Positions 1 to 13,304 of a stretch of 64,000 bases of DNA are shown in pieces. Positions within the stretch are counted from its first letter, which is position 1, and the number at the start of each line of letters is the position of its first letter. A program made the position numbers and the translations under genes. The stretch lies in contig BFEA01000028.1 in the NCBI GenBank assembly GCA_003427395.1, positions 4,581,198-4,645,197 on the forward strand, in the 5' to 3' direction. This stretch comes from Chara braunii (taxonomy: Eukaryota; Plantae; Charophyceae). A model generated the notes under the pieces. The model was not told the origin of the DNA. It saw nothing but the letters and a program-made list of their open reading frames with translations, and did not search any database.

Positions 1-2275
1 TTCAAGCCCCCAGATCTCTTGTACTGCAGCAATGATTGCTCTCTCTTGAGAGCCTCTTCCTTAAACTGCTGGTAGGATACTTGCTACAATGTGAGCATGG
101 TCTGCCTCACAATCTNGGGCAGACAACTAGCAAGTATCCTCACAGCCTGCCGCTCATCCACACCAACCCCCTAAACCTGCAGGACGTTGTCCAGCTGTCT
201 TACGAGGGCATCCACATACCTCCACCCAATTGCATCAAGGTGGGTGACCTGGTAATACGCGGTCTGGGCTTTGGTCTTATCACCAAAGCGCGACCTGAGC
301 TTGGCAACAAAATCATCGATATCGAAGTTGGCAGCCCACAAGTCAACCCTCAGCCCTTTCCCAACATTACTCACTTCACTCAGCACCCAGTCTTTGGAAT
401 CTACACCAAGAAAAGTAGTGGAAACCAACGTATGAGCAGGGCGGTCCACAAAAGAACCTGCAAGGTGGGTGTAAATCTCAGTAGTCCAAGCATCCAGATT
501 TGTCTTCCTTCCTACCATAGGAAGACCCTGGGCTTCAATAGGGCCTTGCTGTAGGATATAAAGGGGGTGTTGGGGGAGGGTGCCTGAGGTGATGGGCCTC
601 CATTTCCTCCATTGCCATTTCCACTTCCACTAGGTCTGCCAGTTTCCTTATTTTTTTTTCTTTTCTTTCTTTTCTTTCTTTTCTTTCTTTTCTTTCTTTT
701 TCTCTTCTTCAACTTCTTTCCCTTTCTTCTGTTCACTAATTGTTGCAGCCAATTGACTGGGAAGATCTGCCAATGTGGTTTTGATGGTAGTCAGGTCTTT
801 AACAAGCTGAGAAGCCTTTGCATTTGTCTCCTTCTTCTGCTGCTGCAGGCTGGCAGTCCACTGCTACGCTTCTTCTATATACCACATGTACTTTTGAATG
901 CCCAACTGCAGGCTGGCAGTCCACTGCTATGCTTCTTCTATATACCACATGTCCTTTTGAATGCCCAACATGGCCAGTTACAGGACCTTCGGTATCACCT
1001 TGGGGTTGAAAGAGGCTTTACCTTCTTCCAAAGAAGAGAGGCTGTCAAAGGCTTGCTGTTGTTCTTCCATCTCCCTTTGCTGCTCTATGGCTGCTAACTT
1101 CTCCTTCTCAGCCAACTCACTCTGCTTCCACCCTGCTGATCTTCTCCACTATCGCCTCCAACTTGGCCTCTCTCTCTCGAGCAGCTAGTAGCTGAGCGGC
1201 CTGATCCTCAGTCAGGTTCTGCAGCCTTATCCATTCAGCTGCAGGAATCTGTAGAGGGCTGCCCTCCACTACCTGTGACTCTGCAGGCTCTACTGGCCCC
1301 TTTCCCTTTTCTCCACTGCTCTCCCTTTTCTTTTCTTCTAAGGCTGCAACTTCCTCCGCAGCTGCCTCCTTCGCCAGTCTGGCTGCCTCCTCCTCTGCAG
1401 CTTTCAAGGCCTCTTTGGCCTTCCTTGCAGCTTCCTCGGCTTGCCAGGCTGCATCCCTCTTCTCCACTGCCGCCCGACGCCCAGCAGCCAACTCTTCTTT
1501 CTTCTTCTCCTCCTCCTTCTTCTTCTCCTCTTCTTGTTTCTTCTCCTCCTCCTTCCGCCTCCTTTCCTCTTCTTCGTCCTTCTTCTTCCTGTCATCTCCT
1601 GAGTTTCGCAGGATGGTAGATCATCACCCTAGTTCCTAGTCAAACAGACAACTGCCATTTCCCCGAACATATGTTCGCAGACACCTCAACGGCACGCAAT
1701 CTCAGCAACGGACTCAACTACAGAATGCAGTTTCAAGGTAGGAACATGACAGACAATCCAACTAGTACACAGGGATACCCACGAAACAGGCTCAAGGGAC
1801 TCGACAACTCAACAGACTCAACAGTCTCAACAACGAAGACTCAAAGACGAAGACTCAACACACGCGTCCAGCAAGTATCCGGACATGGGCAAGGGTAGAA
1901 GCACTCCCTTGGGGGTCTTCAGCTTCGCATTCGTTGCCGCTACTGAGGCCACAAACGGCCAATACTCCATGCCTACCGCCCCGGTTTCCAAATCCTGGCG
2001 GCCTTCAAATGCTCGCCACATGTAACAGATTAACAGTCATCCACATCAGCCGCCCACGTCAGCACTCCATGTCAGCCATCCACGTCAGCACAACACCACA
2101 GCACCACATCAGCATCCACTGCCAGTTGTACCCCCTCATCTTCATGCTGCTCTGCCACGTCAGCATCTGCCAGTAATCACAACTGCCTGCCACATCCGCA
2201 GTCCACGTCAGCATCCTCCTCCACGGGGGCGTCTCTTCTTGCCACCAAACCCCGTTTCCGCTCTGACCACCCCCT
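1..2275 (-). mobile_element. 5' internal region of a decayed Gypsy-like LTR retrotransposon (PBS-like site, leader, fragmented coiled-coil/gag ORF); runs off the window start
   Basis: Minus-strand fragments are an E/K/A-rich coiled coil (1117-1491) followed by a gag-like piece (171-518: LDAWTTEIYTHL...FVAKLRSRFGDKTKAQTAY). On the minus strand ...GATATCACA (LTR-like end at 2276) is followed after GGGGG by TGGTCAGAGCGG, a near match to the tRNA-iMet PBS TGGTATCAGAGC. A 60-bp tandem duplication lies at about 846-968. Confidence 0.6.
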
Positions 2276-3877
2276 GTGATATCGCCTGGACTCTGGAGTG
2301 TTTTTGTAGGGGGGGGGGGGAGAGGGAGGAAACACTTTCTCCCGATGGAGTCTGCTGAGCCAAAATCCCTTCTACTAAACTGCTGAAATCCCATTCTACT
2401 CAACTGAAACGGCAAAAAAATAAGCTTGTTGTAGGTCCTAGGTCTAATCCGCACCACCAGCAAAGACAGCAAAAACAAATAGCAGCTGATATGAACCATC
2501 GTTCCATGGGGCCCTACTTTGACAAACCAGAAGTAGCAGCACTTCCCCAAGGCTAAAATCTACAGTCTCGTCATGAGGAAAAACACCGGGCATGGGCAGT
2601 GTAGATTTTGGCCCTGCACCCCTGTAGACAAGAAAACTGAACAGTGCAGGCTTTTTTCTTCTTTTCTTTTCTTTTTCTTCTCTTTTTTTTCCTTTCTAAA
2701 CCAGTCTTGCCGCTAGGGAGGTCAGTCTATTGACCAGGTTGCAGGTTGAAATTCTGGCCTGGCCACAACCACAGCGACACGCTCAAGGTACTGTTGGGCA
2801 GCACCCCCCCAACAGTACCTTGACCTGAGAATGATCAATCCATAGGGCTTCACCGCACGGCACACGAAACGAAAAACGAAACGAGTGCATCCTCCTGCAG
2901 ACAATGGCCAGGTTCATCTGTTTGCTATACATAGTAACGAGTGTATGTTGCCACCTTCCGTGGCCAGATGCACTCGTTTCGTTTTCGTTTGGTGCGCCGT
3001 GGGGCGAGGCCCATAGTCCTGTTTAGCACACAAGGAGGTCTCACCAATCCTCGACCTCCTAAGTACAGCGAACTGGGTCTCACACTTATATTGTTTTCCA
3101 ACAAGGCCTGAGCCGACCTGCAGCTCTTGGTTGGTAGCGGTTTGTTCCATATTTGCTGATGACCTCACATAATTATGGCAGCCACCAAGAATGGGGATTA
3201 GAAGGAGGAGAAGGGAAGGAAGCATGAAAAGGAAAGTAGGGAGCAGACAAATGAGGAGGACAGGAAGCAGATTTAAGGCAGATGATTGGAGCCATCCACC
3301 CGGCCGGAGGACCTGAGGGGGGGGAGCTGCTCTTGCCACCCCCTTTAATAGCCTCACAGATGTTACCAAAAGAAAAAAAAAAAGAAAAAAAAGGGGGGGG
3401 AGTAAGTATGTTTATGTCACCTTTGAGTATCAAATGGGCAGAAAAAAACACGCGTCGGCAATGAAAACCGCACCGAGTTCGAAAAGGCAACGGAAGTACC
3501 GACGGCCGTGGTGTCTGACCGGGTGTCGTATTTACAGGGGCCGGCCGCGGTGTCAGAGGGGAAAACAAAACAAAACAAAAAAGAAAGCCCAACGGATACT
3601 TTTGGACCGAAATCGCTCATTTCGAGTTGGCGCGTGGTTTGTTTGCCGGCGCCTGTTTTTTTTCGCCTTTAGGGTTTTAAAACATGCCACGTCCGCCGTT
3701 ATTTCAAAAAAAAAAAAGGTGAATGCCTCCGGGCTCCAATATGGCTGTTTAGTGGAGAGGAGTTGGAAGATAAATGTAAAGCACATAGGGGGAAGAGAAG
3801 GGGAGACACAAGAACAAAAATATCTGTCATTGTCTGCCGATCTATCATTTTTTTTGTTTTTTTTTTGGGAATGGATC

Positions 3878-4024
3878 TTTTTTTTTTTTTTTTTTAAACC
3901 CAGCTTGGATTGCTAGGGTAGGTGATATGTGCAGCCTTTCCCCCTTGCAGTCCTGCTATTGGACGCTCCATCTATTGGTGGTGGGGAACTCCACCACCTG
4001 CTGGAAAAGCGGCTCCAGCGTCCC
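3878..4024 (-). mobile_element. Short poly(A) retroposon copy carrying the conserved hairpin-pseudoknot module
   Basis: Minus strand reads GGGACGCTGGAGCCGCTTTTCCAGCAGGTGGTGGAGTTCCCCACCACCAATAGATGGAGC...TGCACATATCA..., then an A-tail (T-run 3878-3895). Confidence 0.75.
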
Positions 4025-5404
4025 TTGAGTACATGCACCGAATTGAGTGATTGGTTTTGGTAACCACTCTAACTTCTTCTTCTTTTTTTTTCTTTTTTTT
4101 CTTTTTTTTTTGCACTCCACTCTAACTTCTTTTTTCCTCCTCTTGTTTTGTTCATGATTGGCAGACAAAAAAGCAACCAAAGCCGCGCAGAGGCTACCAT
4201 ACCCTTAACCTGCCCCACTTGTATGCCAGGCACGCTGCCCGACGAAAGGAGAGAATGAAGAAATTAGGCCAACACAAGTTGCACCGATGGGTCAAGATTG
4301 TTGATAGGTTATGCTGTTTTCTCTTGCTTATATCCTATATCATTGCGACAGCCCTCATATTCCGAGGAAACATGCTCAAGAAGTGAGGGAACAAGAAAGA
4401 AAAATCGTCTTCGAGAATGTGTCCAGATGATCTTTTTCAGAATTATGGAGAAAAGAGGAGATCGCAGCACAGGCATCTATTTTCATCAGCCCCGTAAAGA
4501 AAATGGTCTTCCCTGCCTTCCCAAGGTTGTGATTCACCATCCTCTTGAGCTGCTCTCTCTTCAGCTTCTTGTTGTTCGGCTGCCCGTCCCAAGGTAACCG
4601 TTCTTCTTCACAGTCTCTCAGAAAGTTAGTTAGGTGGGTTGTGTCATTCTCCTAAAACCCACTCTTCCTAATATCCCATCTCTCTAGTGTCCTGTCTATT
4701 AGCGAAGAAAGGAAAGGATTCTGAACTTCAATGGAAACATTGACTACGGTTTGGAAAAAAGCGAAATGAGGATAACAGCGGCGATCTTGCAACTACTGAG
4801 GGGGGAAGAAGGGAAAGTTAACAAAAGGACCGAAGACAGTTTCGGCGAGGAGCGCGCACGCTTCGATTCCCGCCCAACTCCCCCCCCTCTTCCCCCCCCT
4901 CTCCCCCCTGCTAATATTTTCATGCCATTGTGTTGGCTGAATGTATGGTTGAGTTCACAAACTTCAATCTTCCAAAATGTTGTTCACAACGTTAAACACC
5001 ACCGGCTTAGGGTTTTTGAACTTTTGGAGGTCTTTGTAATTGTAGAGCGGAAGAGTGGGAAGTAAAGGTGGCTGTGTATGACCGGTAGTATCTTTGTAAT
5101 TGTAGAGCGGAAGAGTAGTATGTAAAGGTGGCTGTGTACGACCGGTAGTGGGGTGCCACCCCAAAGTTCCTCCTCGGTCTCTCAGAAGGTAGGTGGGTTG
5201 TCAGTGAGGCCGAGGTCTCCGGATCGAGTCAGTGCTTGCACAGAGGAGGGCTGAGGCCCAGAGGTATTGATCCAATGACATTGGAAAGCTCCCGCAAACT
5301 GGCGGGCAGTTGAAGTCTCACATAAGTGAGCGGGCTATACAACCGATGGGGGTCATGTGCGACTTGCAGCGAAGTGTGCAGTGATTGCCAGCGTCTGTGT
5401 GCTG

Positions 5405-5406
<2 letters not shown>

Positions 5407-5439
<33 letters not shown>
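5407..5439. repeat. (GT)n microsatellite
   Basis: Directly visible. Confidence 0.95.
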
Positions 5440-5443
<4 letters not shown>

Positions 5444-5523
5444 TCGAGTGTGGACACTACAGCCTTGCAGGGGGTGCGGCAGATATCACTTGGGCCGTAC
5501 GGTTCCACTTTAAATATGAACAC

Positions 5524-5640
5524 CGTGTCCTGGCTGTAGCGGTTACGATACTTGGCTCTTCTTGAGGCCGAGGTCGCTGGTTCGAGTCCGTGCTTGCACG
5601 CAGGAGGGCTGAGGCCCAGAGGTACTGATCCAATGATCCA
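5524..5640 (+). mobile_element. tRNA-derived SINE head (Pol III A/B boxes); degenerate second copy at about 5206-5280
   Basis: A-box TGGCTGTAGCGG at 5531-5542, B-box GGTTCGAGTCC at 5579-5589, acceptor-like stem CGTGT/GCACG. The downstream GGAGGGCTGAGGCCCAGAGGTA-TGATCCAATGA recurs at about 5246-5279, and 5645-5875 resembles 4645-4880. Confidence 0.65.
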
Positions 5641-6364
5641 ATGACATTCTCCTAGGAGCCACTCTTTGTGATATCCCATCTCTGGTGTCCAGTCTATTAG
5701 CAAATAAAAGGAAGGATTCTGAACTTCAATGGAGACATTGACTATGGTGAAAAAAAACGAGAGGAGGTTAACAATGGCGATCTTGGATGTGTTGAGTGGA
5801 AAGAAGGCAAAGGAGGACCACAAGGACGGAAAGCGGTGCCGGCATGGAGAACAAGATTCGATTCCTGCCCCAACTTTCCATCCAGTTAGTAGTTTCATGA
5901 TAAGGTGTTGGTTGATGATTTATTTAACCATGGCATGTTTCTTTTGCAATTTTCTGAATGATTTGATTGTTTTTTTTTGTAGAATCAATGTAGATTATAT
6001 TTATTATTTACTATTTTACTATTTACAAATAATATTGGACCACTTGAAGGACTTATATAGTTAAATTAAATTACAAGCTCTTCGTAAATAAAGACGTGTT
6101 CTTTGTAAATCCATAAGCTTGCAAAAGATAATAATTGAGATCATAAGACCCTAGGGTTTTGGAGCTCTTTGTAGTTCTACAGTCATAGAGACTGACACAG
6201 TAAAGTTGGCTGTGTACTAGTGGGTCACCTTATGTTCATTTAAAAAAAAAAAAAAAAAAAAACCTGCCTTCTTCTCATCGGGGGAGAGCCGTATATTTTT
6301 CTCTCACCTCACATATTTTTTAACCGGCGTTCTGCCATGTCATCATGGAACATATCTCCCTTTC

Positions 6365-6395
<31 letters not shown>

Positions 6396-6510
6396 TTCAA
6401 ACACACAGCCCGGGCTATGCTAGGTGTGCTGATATGAGCAGCCACCCCTAGCACCCCCGGGAGGGCTCCATCTATTAATGGGGAGCGGCACCTGCTGGAA
6501 ACCGGGTCCA
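6365..6510 (-). mobile_element. 5'-truncated retroposon (module + poly(A)) with 18-bp TSD
   Basis: TSD GGAACATATCTCCCTTTC at 6347-6364 and 6511-6528, T-run at about 6365-6397, module at 6464-6510. Confidence 0.9.
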
Positions 6511-6839
6511 GGAACATATCTCCCTTTCAATACCTACCTACCACTACTCCTATTGACCTGCCAAGGGAAGGGCCAACTTTATTTCCCTTTCTCTTTTCTG
6601 TGAAGGCCAAACTTCTCTTCTGCTAATTCTGGCAATTATGACTGTTTGAGCCTCTGGCTATTAAAGGGAAAGAGGATTCGATGCGGCATGCGGATGGGGA
6701 GGAGGGCTAAACTTTTGTAAGTCATGTTATTTATCTCAAGTTAATACAAAGAAGTTATATATGATCTTCATTCTCTGTACTTTTGTTGGAATAATTCAGA
6801 GAAACAAAGTGAGTGTACCATCGCATGACAAATTGTCAT

Positions 6840-6986
6840 ACTAATCATATATATCGTTGCAAAATTCGAGCACCTGGTTTTGCTCATTTACAAGCGCTTG
6901 ATTTTATGTCGAAACATCACATGCTTGCAGATGTGGTTACTATCATAGGTACTCAGGATATTGTGTTTGGAGAAGTAGATAGGTAA
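6840..6986 (+). pseudogene. nad7: Mitochondrial nad7 3' end (NUMT)
   Basis: 6852-6986 translates to [44 protein letters not shown], the canonical Nad7 (49-kDa subunit) C-terminus. The upstream sequence is degraded and the context is AT-rich. Confidence 0.93.
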
Positions 6987-7198
6987 CCACTTCATGTCAT
7001 ATAATAAGCTCTCAATCAAAAACACACTAAGCTATTTTGTCTCCTACTTCAATTTTTCGTTTTTGTAAAATATATATGTTTACAGTCTTTATGTATTTTT
7101 GAGTAAGTTTGTTTTCACTTTCTACCCACCGAACACCAATCACTCTCCCTTCTGCACCTGGAGCTACTTTTTTAGCAATATATATATATATATATATA

Positions 7199-7752
7199 TC
7201 GTCACAAACAGAACTGCCCGGTAAACCATAGGCAGAGAGAGAGAAGAGGACAACAAACGAGGGGCTGTGACAAACTGTTTCGTCGGAGTCTCACCGACTC
7301 ATCAGGAGGCTGAACCCTCAACAGTCTGCAGAATCCCTCACTGATTACACTGTAAATGATAATCTACCTTAACCAATATCAAAGTAGACTATCACTCACC
7401 CACACCAGATGAAAAACTCTACAGACTCTCGGTTCACACCCCATCACAAGCCAGCAAAACATCCACGAAACAAAGAAAGGTCTGTCACAGCCAAAAAATA
7501 CACTCCAGACACGCCGCTGGCACTAGAGGCACAGCATATATATATACTCAATTCGGTGCTTATATATATATCGTCACAAACAGAACTGCCCGGTAAAACC
7601 GTAGGCAGAGAGAGAGAAGAGGACAACAAATATATATATCGTCAAATAGAACTGCCCGGTAAACCGTAGGCAGAGAGGGAGAAGAGGACAACAAATGAGG
7701 GGCTGTGACAAACTGTTTCGTCGGAGTTTCACCGACTCATCAGGAGGCTGAA
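7199..7752 (+). mobile_element. Three partial copies of an element end that always follows (TA)n; fourth copy at 12187-12288
   Basis: TCGTCA(C/A)A(A/T)(C)AGAACTGCCCGGTAAACC(G/A)TAGGCAGAGAGAGAGAAGAGGACAACAAA starts at 7199, 7571, 7639 and 12187, each directly after a TA run. Confidence 0.75.
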
Positions 7753-8862
7753 TATATATATATATATATATTCATACTAAACAGGTATATCTATCTATAC
7801 TATCAATATTCTACAATGATACAATCAGTATAAAGATCTACATAAAAAATGAATACAAGAATGAATCAGAAAGAAATATACAAGAATAATCGTAAATAGA
7901 AAAAAGAATATGATGATATTTACAATAAGTAAAATGATAGATTTTTCATTATTTCTATGCTTAAAATAGAAATGATGTTGTATGGTGCCAGACGGTCCAG
8001 ACAGAAAAGCAGGTCCAGAAAGTTCGGACCATTAAAAAAAAAAAAAAAATCTGAAAAAAAATATGTTATGCAGAATAACAATCCAAACTACTTTTGCCTC
8101 AGAGTCAAGTCAAAGTTCTTGTTTTTTTTTTTGGGGGGGTTGGGTGGGGGGGAGGGGAGAGTTTCTAACCAAACTTGAGATAGACCATGTCCGGACCCCC
8201 CAAAAAAAGTAGTGAATTATTAATAATTGAAAAAATGGGTACTATCATACTATACTACTATGTCTAATAAATTATTATTATTATAGAGATAGACCATGTC
8301 CGGCCCCCCCAAAAGAAACAAAAACGGGCCTGAAAAACTCCCAAAACAATTTTGGGGGCCTGGACCTCCTTTCTTTTTTCGTTTTTTCTTTTTTTGGCAG
8401 ATCCAGACCTTCCGGACCGGACGTCAGGAGTCACGAGTGAATCCAGACCGTCTGGACGGCAGTTTGGACGTTCGGATTGTAGGCATGCTTTTTCTCAGGT
8501 GGCTGCAGACAGAGACCACCCCATTCCCCTTCCCTACATGCAGGGGGTCCACAACTTGGTAGAGTCTCAGGGTTTTGGTACAATAACTGCGACATAGTTT
8601 GCGGATTATACCTGGCGACCTGGCTCCACCGTCGCCCATGCATTTTTCCTTGTGTCGCAGAGTCACTGTGCTCCTTATTCTGCGCTCCCTTTGGTCGGTA
8701 CAAACCACTTAGCGGGGCTGGGTTGCAGACGGAGACGCTGACCATTATTCTCTTTTCCTCGTTGAAAAGGAGCACAGCTGTGGCCCGCAACATAGTAATT
8801 GCATTCACCACGGATTGAACTTGCAATTCATTTTATTTTATTTTTTTTAATGTTCTTTTTAT

Positions 8863-8902
<40 letters not shown>

Positions 8903-9519
8903 GGGCCCAGTTCAATCCATGTATGAAAGTTTAGTAAACTGTTACATGTATGGGGCCATTTCACCACAAGCCAGGTCAAGACCTGACCACCCCCCCTGGA
9001 CTGTCTAGGCTGCTTAGCTATAGCTAATACCCAAAGCATAAAGGACGGGGATCCGAAAAGTTCGCGAAAACCACGAATTGTTTCAACGTAGCTCATAATA
9101 AGCCAACCAACTTGCTACCAACCCATCCCCCACTATATTGTGGTTATGGGTTGGTAGGAGATGAATACGAAGGAAGAATTTACCTGTGCAGGGTAATGGT
9201 GAGAGAGAGGGGGGGGGGGGCACTGGAACAAGAATCCATGGGGAGTAAAGGCGATTGGACATTGGACAGGATTTCCAGCAGGTGCTGCTCCCCACCAATG
9301 GACTGGAGTCACACCCTCTAGGGGCCCTACCATCTTCACCCGAATAGAACGCCCCATAATTATGGCCGTATCTGGACTGACAGCTGCATCAAATACAGCT
9401 ATAATGACCGGGAGTTCTATCCGGGTGAAGACGGTAGCAGGTGCTGCTCCTACCACCGCTCCTAGCCTACCCAGAGGCAACCACAAAGGAAAAAAAAAAA
9501 AAAAAAAAAAAAAGAGGAA

Positions 9520-9932
9520 GGGAAGGGTGGATTTAACTGCCTAACATCGTCTGCAGGGCTATGGCACCTTGCCCGTCCCGGAAGCTGCTGTCCGATTGAT
9601 TCCTTCTCTACCGTCAACTCTTCNTCTAAAGTCGTCTAAACTCTTTTCTTTTTTTTTCCCTTTTTTCTTAAGAACAACTTGGGCACAAGAGCAGCACTTG
9701 CCAGGGTGATAAGAGCAGAGCCCTGGCAAGTGACCCTGTAGTGAAGGCTCCATCCATCTTCTAGTGGGGAGCAGCACCTGCTGGAAACTGGGTCCGGCGT
9801 CCATCTCAGCTTCTACGATTCTCACCCACTTGAGTGAGGGCCTGGCCACACCACTCTCCAAATGAGAAAAGACAACATTGTTGTGGGTGCATGTGGCCAC
9901 GTTCTAACAAAAAGTTCATTCTCATTTTGCAC
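9520..9932 (-). repeat. Left arm of a ~400-bp near-identical inverted duplication (right arm 11561-11949); contains a retroposon module copy
   Basis: 11561-11949 is the reverse complement of 9520-9932 apart from a ~25-bp deletion and a few substitutions. Confidence 0.9.
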
Positions 9933-11461
9933 ATTTCGAGAGTGGTGCATCTGGCCATGTTCTAGCAAGAAGTTCATTCTCGTTGTGCACATTTCGAGAG
10001 TGGTGTGGCGATGCCCTGAGAGGCGCACTTCCTCATGGAAAGACTCTACCCTCAACTCTTCGTCTAATTACGATTCTTTTTTTTTTTTTTTTTAATTAAA
10101 ACTATACTCTTCTATCAATTTTCCTCACACTACCTACCTACCACTACTCCTACCTATAGGCTTACGGGGAAACCCGTAGCATACCAGAGCCGTGTCTTTT
10201 TTTTTTTTACGGCCCCTCGAGCCCTTGACTGAGAGAAGCACCTCCTCATGGATCGATACACCCATCAGAGTGGTTTTAGTCATATATGATTCTGATGAGA
10301 CTTCCAAATGCGGTCTATTTATAAGCAGTTGTTACATGGGACCGGTGTACCGTTCGGCCGCATGCGCACAGTAATGGAGACCAATTTCGTGACACATGCA
10401 CCGTCTTTATTTCCTCCTTCTTTCTTCCCGTTTAAGCAGGAATCTGCCGATTCAAAACACTCCGCATCCCTCCATGACACAACATATTTGAAATGTATTT
10501 TGTCTTTCTTTCCATTCACATACATCCAGACTCGCCAAACATCTCATGCATGTATCCGGACCAATTCTTGAACCAGGTAGCTTTCCAACATTGTGAGCCC
10601 CAGAGAGGCCCTCTGCTTTTGCAAAAAACACAAACATAAAAGAAACATCCACAAAACAGTATCAGCAACATCGGCGGCAGCCACAACGGTGCAGTCATCA
10701 TGCCACTCAGGGCCCCTCAAACCACTACTTCCCATGCTACATGTCTCTTCGCTGTATACTGGACCAGATGCATTTGGGCCGGACCGTCATTTCAAATGTT
10801 CTGGGACAAACACGACCTCCACATACACTTTTTGCCGCTGCGCAGTGGAGGGATGCCCTTTGTTTCATTTCTTTTGTTTTTTACCCACACAACACACAGT
10901 GTCACACCTTTCTACTCTCCGGGATACCAGTCCGGTTGCTTATCACCGGCAAGCAGACTCAGATAGGCAACATGATTAGTATGGAGGAGGAGGAAGGAAG
11001 ATGAAAGATTACACAACCCCACTCAGGTCAGGAGGAGGGGGGGGACTCAGGAGGGACAAACACACCCAGGCAATTGGGACACTCCTTGTCTCGACCGCGT
11101 GTGGTGTATTTTGAATCTAAAACTGGAAGTTTTGCCTTTCACCAAGTGTTCTTCACCCTTGGAGACTTTTGTAGTTATTTTGAAAAGGGCCCCGCCCGTT
11201 CTCGTACCGGTGTCCTCGTTCGCGCGAGGGCCGATGCGCGCGACACCGGGTACTATGCAGCTCAACTGGCAGAACTCGCTCCTTCTTGGTGTATATATAA
11301 ATACACGTACTTGAATGAAACTACTTTAAATTGATAATAATGATTATATACGATTCTATAAAGAAATACAAATAAGATGATTCATGAATCATCTTCTTTG
11401 TATTTTTTCCTAGTATATATAATTTATAAATATTTCATAGAAAAAATTTAAAAAATATATA

Positions 11462-11510
11462 TAGGGTTTAGGGTTTAGTTTAGCCAAGTTTAGGGTTTAG
11501 GGTTTAGGGT
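11462..11510. repeat. Interstitial plant-type telomeric repeats (TTTAGGG)n; shorter ones near 14112-14130 and 60486-60522
   Basis: TAGGGTTTAGGGTTTAG...TTTAGGGTTTAGGGTTTAGGGTT. Confidence 0.8.
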
Positions 11511-11560
11511 TCCCCAAAAGAATGCCATACAGGTTATATTCCCACTTTTCCCAACACTGA

Positions 11561-11949
11561 GTGCAAAATGAGAATGAACTTTTTGTTAGAACGTGGCCAC
11601 ATGCACCCACAACAATGTTGTCTTTTCTCATTTGGAGAGTGGGTGAGAATCGTAGAAGCTGAGATGGACGCCGGACCCAGTTTCCAGCAGGTGCTTCTCC
11701 CCACTAGACGATGGATGGAGCCTTCACTACAGGGTCACTTGCCAGGGCTCTGCTCTTATCACCCTGGCAAGTGCTGCTCTTGTGCCTAAGTTGTTCTTAA
11801 GAAAAAAGGGAAAAAAAAAGAAAAGAGTTTAGACGACTTTAGATGAAGAGTTGACGGTAGAGAAGGAATCAATCGGACAGCAGCTTCCGGGACGGGCAAG
11901 GTGCCATAGCCCTGCAGACGATGTTAGGCAGTTAAATCCACCCTTCCCT
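11561..11949 (+). repeat. Right arm of the inverted duplication
   Basis: See 9520-9932. Confidence 0.9.
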
Positions 11950-12285
11950 TAAGGACACTGGGGGTAAAAAATTCCTCCGTAACGTTAAAGAACACTGGGG
12001 GAAAGGCAAGAAATCCAGGTTTGTTATTAGAGTCGTGGCTCAAGGGCCAGCTTTTCTTACTTTTGCAGTTTACCTACCAAAGCTTGACGATGGACACAAA
12101 TTTCCCAACCATTCCAATTTCAGAAATTTTCAGATATCTCAGAAATGTCAGCCGAGGAATTGGCCTCCGACTTGTATATATATATATCGTCAAATAGAAC
12201 TGCCCGGTAAACCGTAGGCAGAGAGAGAGAAGAGGACAACAAACGAGGGGCTGTGACAAACTGTTTCGTCGGAGTTTCACCGACT

Positions 12286-12351
<66 letters not shown>

Positions 12352-12354
<3 letters not shown>

Positions 12355-13119
12355 GGTAACCGGCGTTCGGGACGGGCCGAACGCCCGAACCCGAACGCCC
12401 GAACGTATGGGACCCCTTGGGGATGCGTTCGGCCGTTCGGGCCGAACACGGACCCAAAACAAAAAAAAACAAAAAAAAAAACAAAGTCATCAAAAAAATC
12501 TGAAAAAAAGATATGTTATAGAGAAAAATAAATTAAACAAGATTTGCCTGAGCATTACATCCGAATTCCTTACCAAATTTGAAATAAAAATAAAATACGG
12601 AAAACAAATACTAATAATAAAAATAAATAAAAACAAAAAGAGAATTAAATTTAGTGAGTGCACGAGCATGTTTTCCACACCGCCATCTTTGGCGATTTTT
12701 TATTTTTTTTTGGCATAGCTAAATGCCCTGAAAATTTACAGATGTGTACCTCACATAATACAAAACCCGCTAAAAAAGTTTCAAAAACTAATAAAATTGT
12801 TTAGACCCTGAACTGAAGTGAAAACAAAAAGTAAAAAGTGAAAAAATACGTGGGCGAGCACGTTTTGACACCGCCATCTTNGGCGATTTTTAATTCTTAT
12901 TTGGCTTAGCGAAATGACTTGAAAATTTACAGGCATGTACCTCACGTCATAGAGAACTCACAAAAAAAAAAATCAGAAAAAAATTATTATTTTTAGGCCC
13001 TGAAATAATTTTTGGCGGGGGCCGAACGCCGTCGGGTTCGGACCCCGTACGGGACCCCGAACGCCCGTACGTACGGAGGTCTGCCCGCGGACCTCCGTAC
13101 GTACGGGATGGTGACCCTG
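12352..13119. mobile_element. hAT-like MITE inserted in a (TA)n microsatellite
   Basis: TIRs CAGGGTAACC / GGTGACCCTG, CCGAAC/GTTCGG subterminal repeats, AT-rich core, TA runs on both sides. Confidence 0.8.
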
Positions 13120-13304
13120 TATATATATATATATATATATTTTTTACAGTGTATATATTACTATATTATATATGCTGTATAGCGTATATTCGTTTGCAAC
13201 TTCGGAAAATTGAAACGTTTTGTCCTTTTCTGATGCCGCCAGATGCCGCCACGGGGATCATGGTCGTTTGTCCTTAGGAAAGCGAAAAAGTAGAGGACTG
13301 TATT

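Noticed and set aside
5524-5600. Functional tRNA gene (likewise 19063-19198 and 21715-21800)
   Set aside because: A/B boxes are present but there is no clean cloverleaf or anticodon arm, and they sit in repeated sequence, so SINE-like.
7100-7165. Mitochondrial rps10 start downstream of nad7
   Set aside because: Only a PPNT-like tetrapeptide needing a frameshift; insufficient.
11462-11510. True telomere or chromosome end
   Set aside because: Only a few interrupted units located internally.
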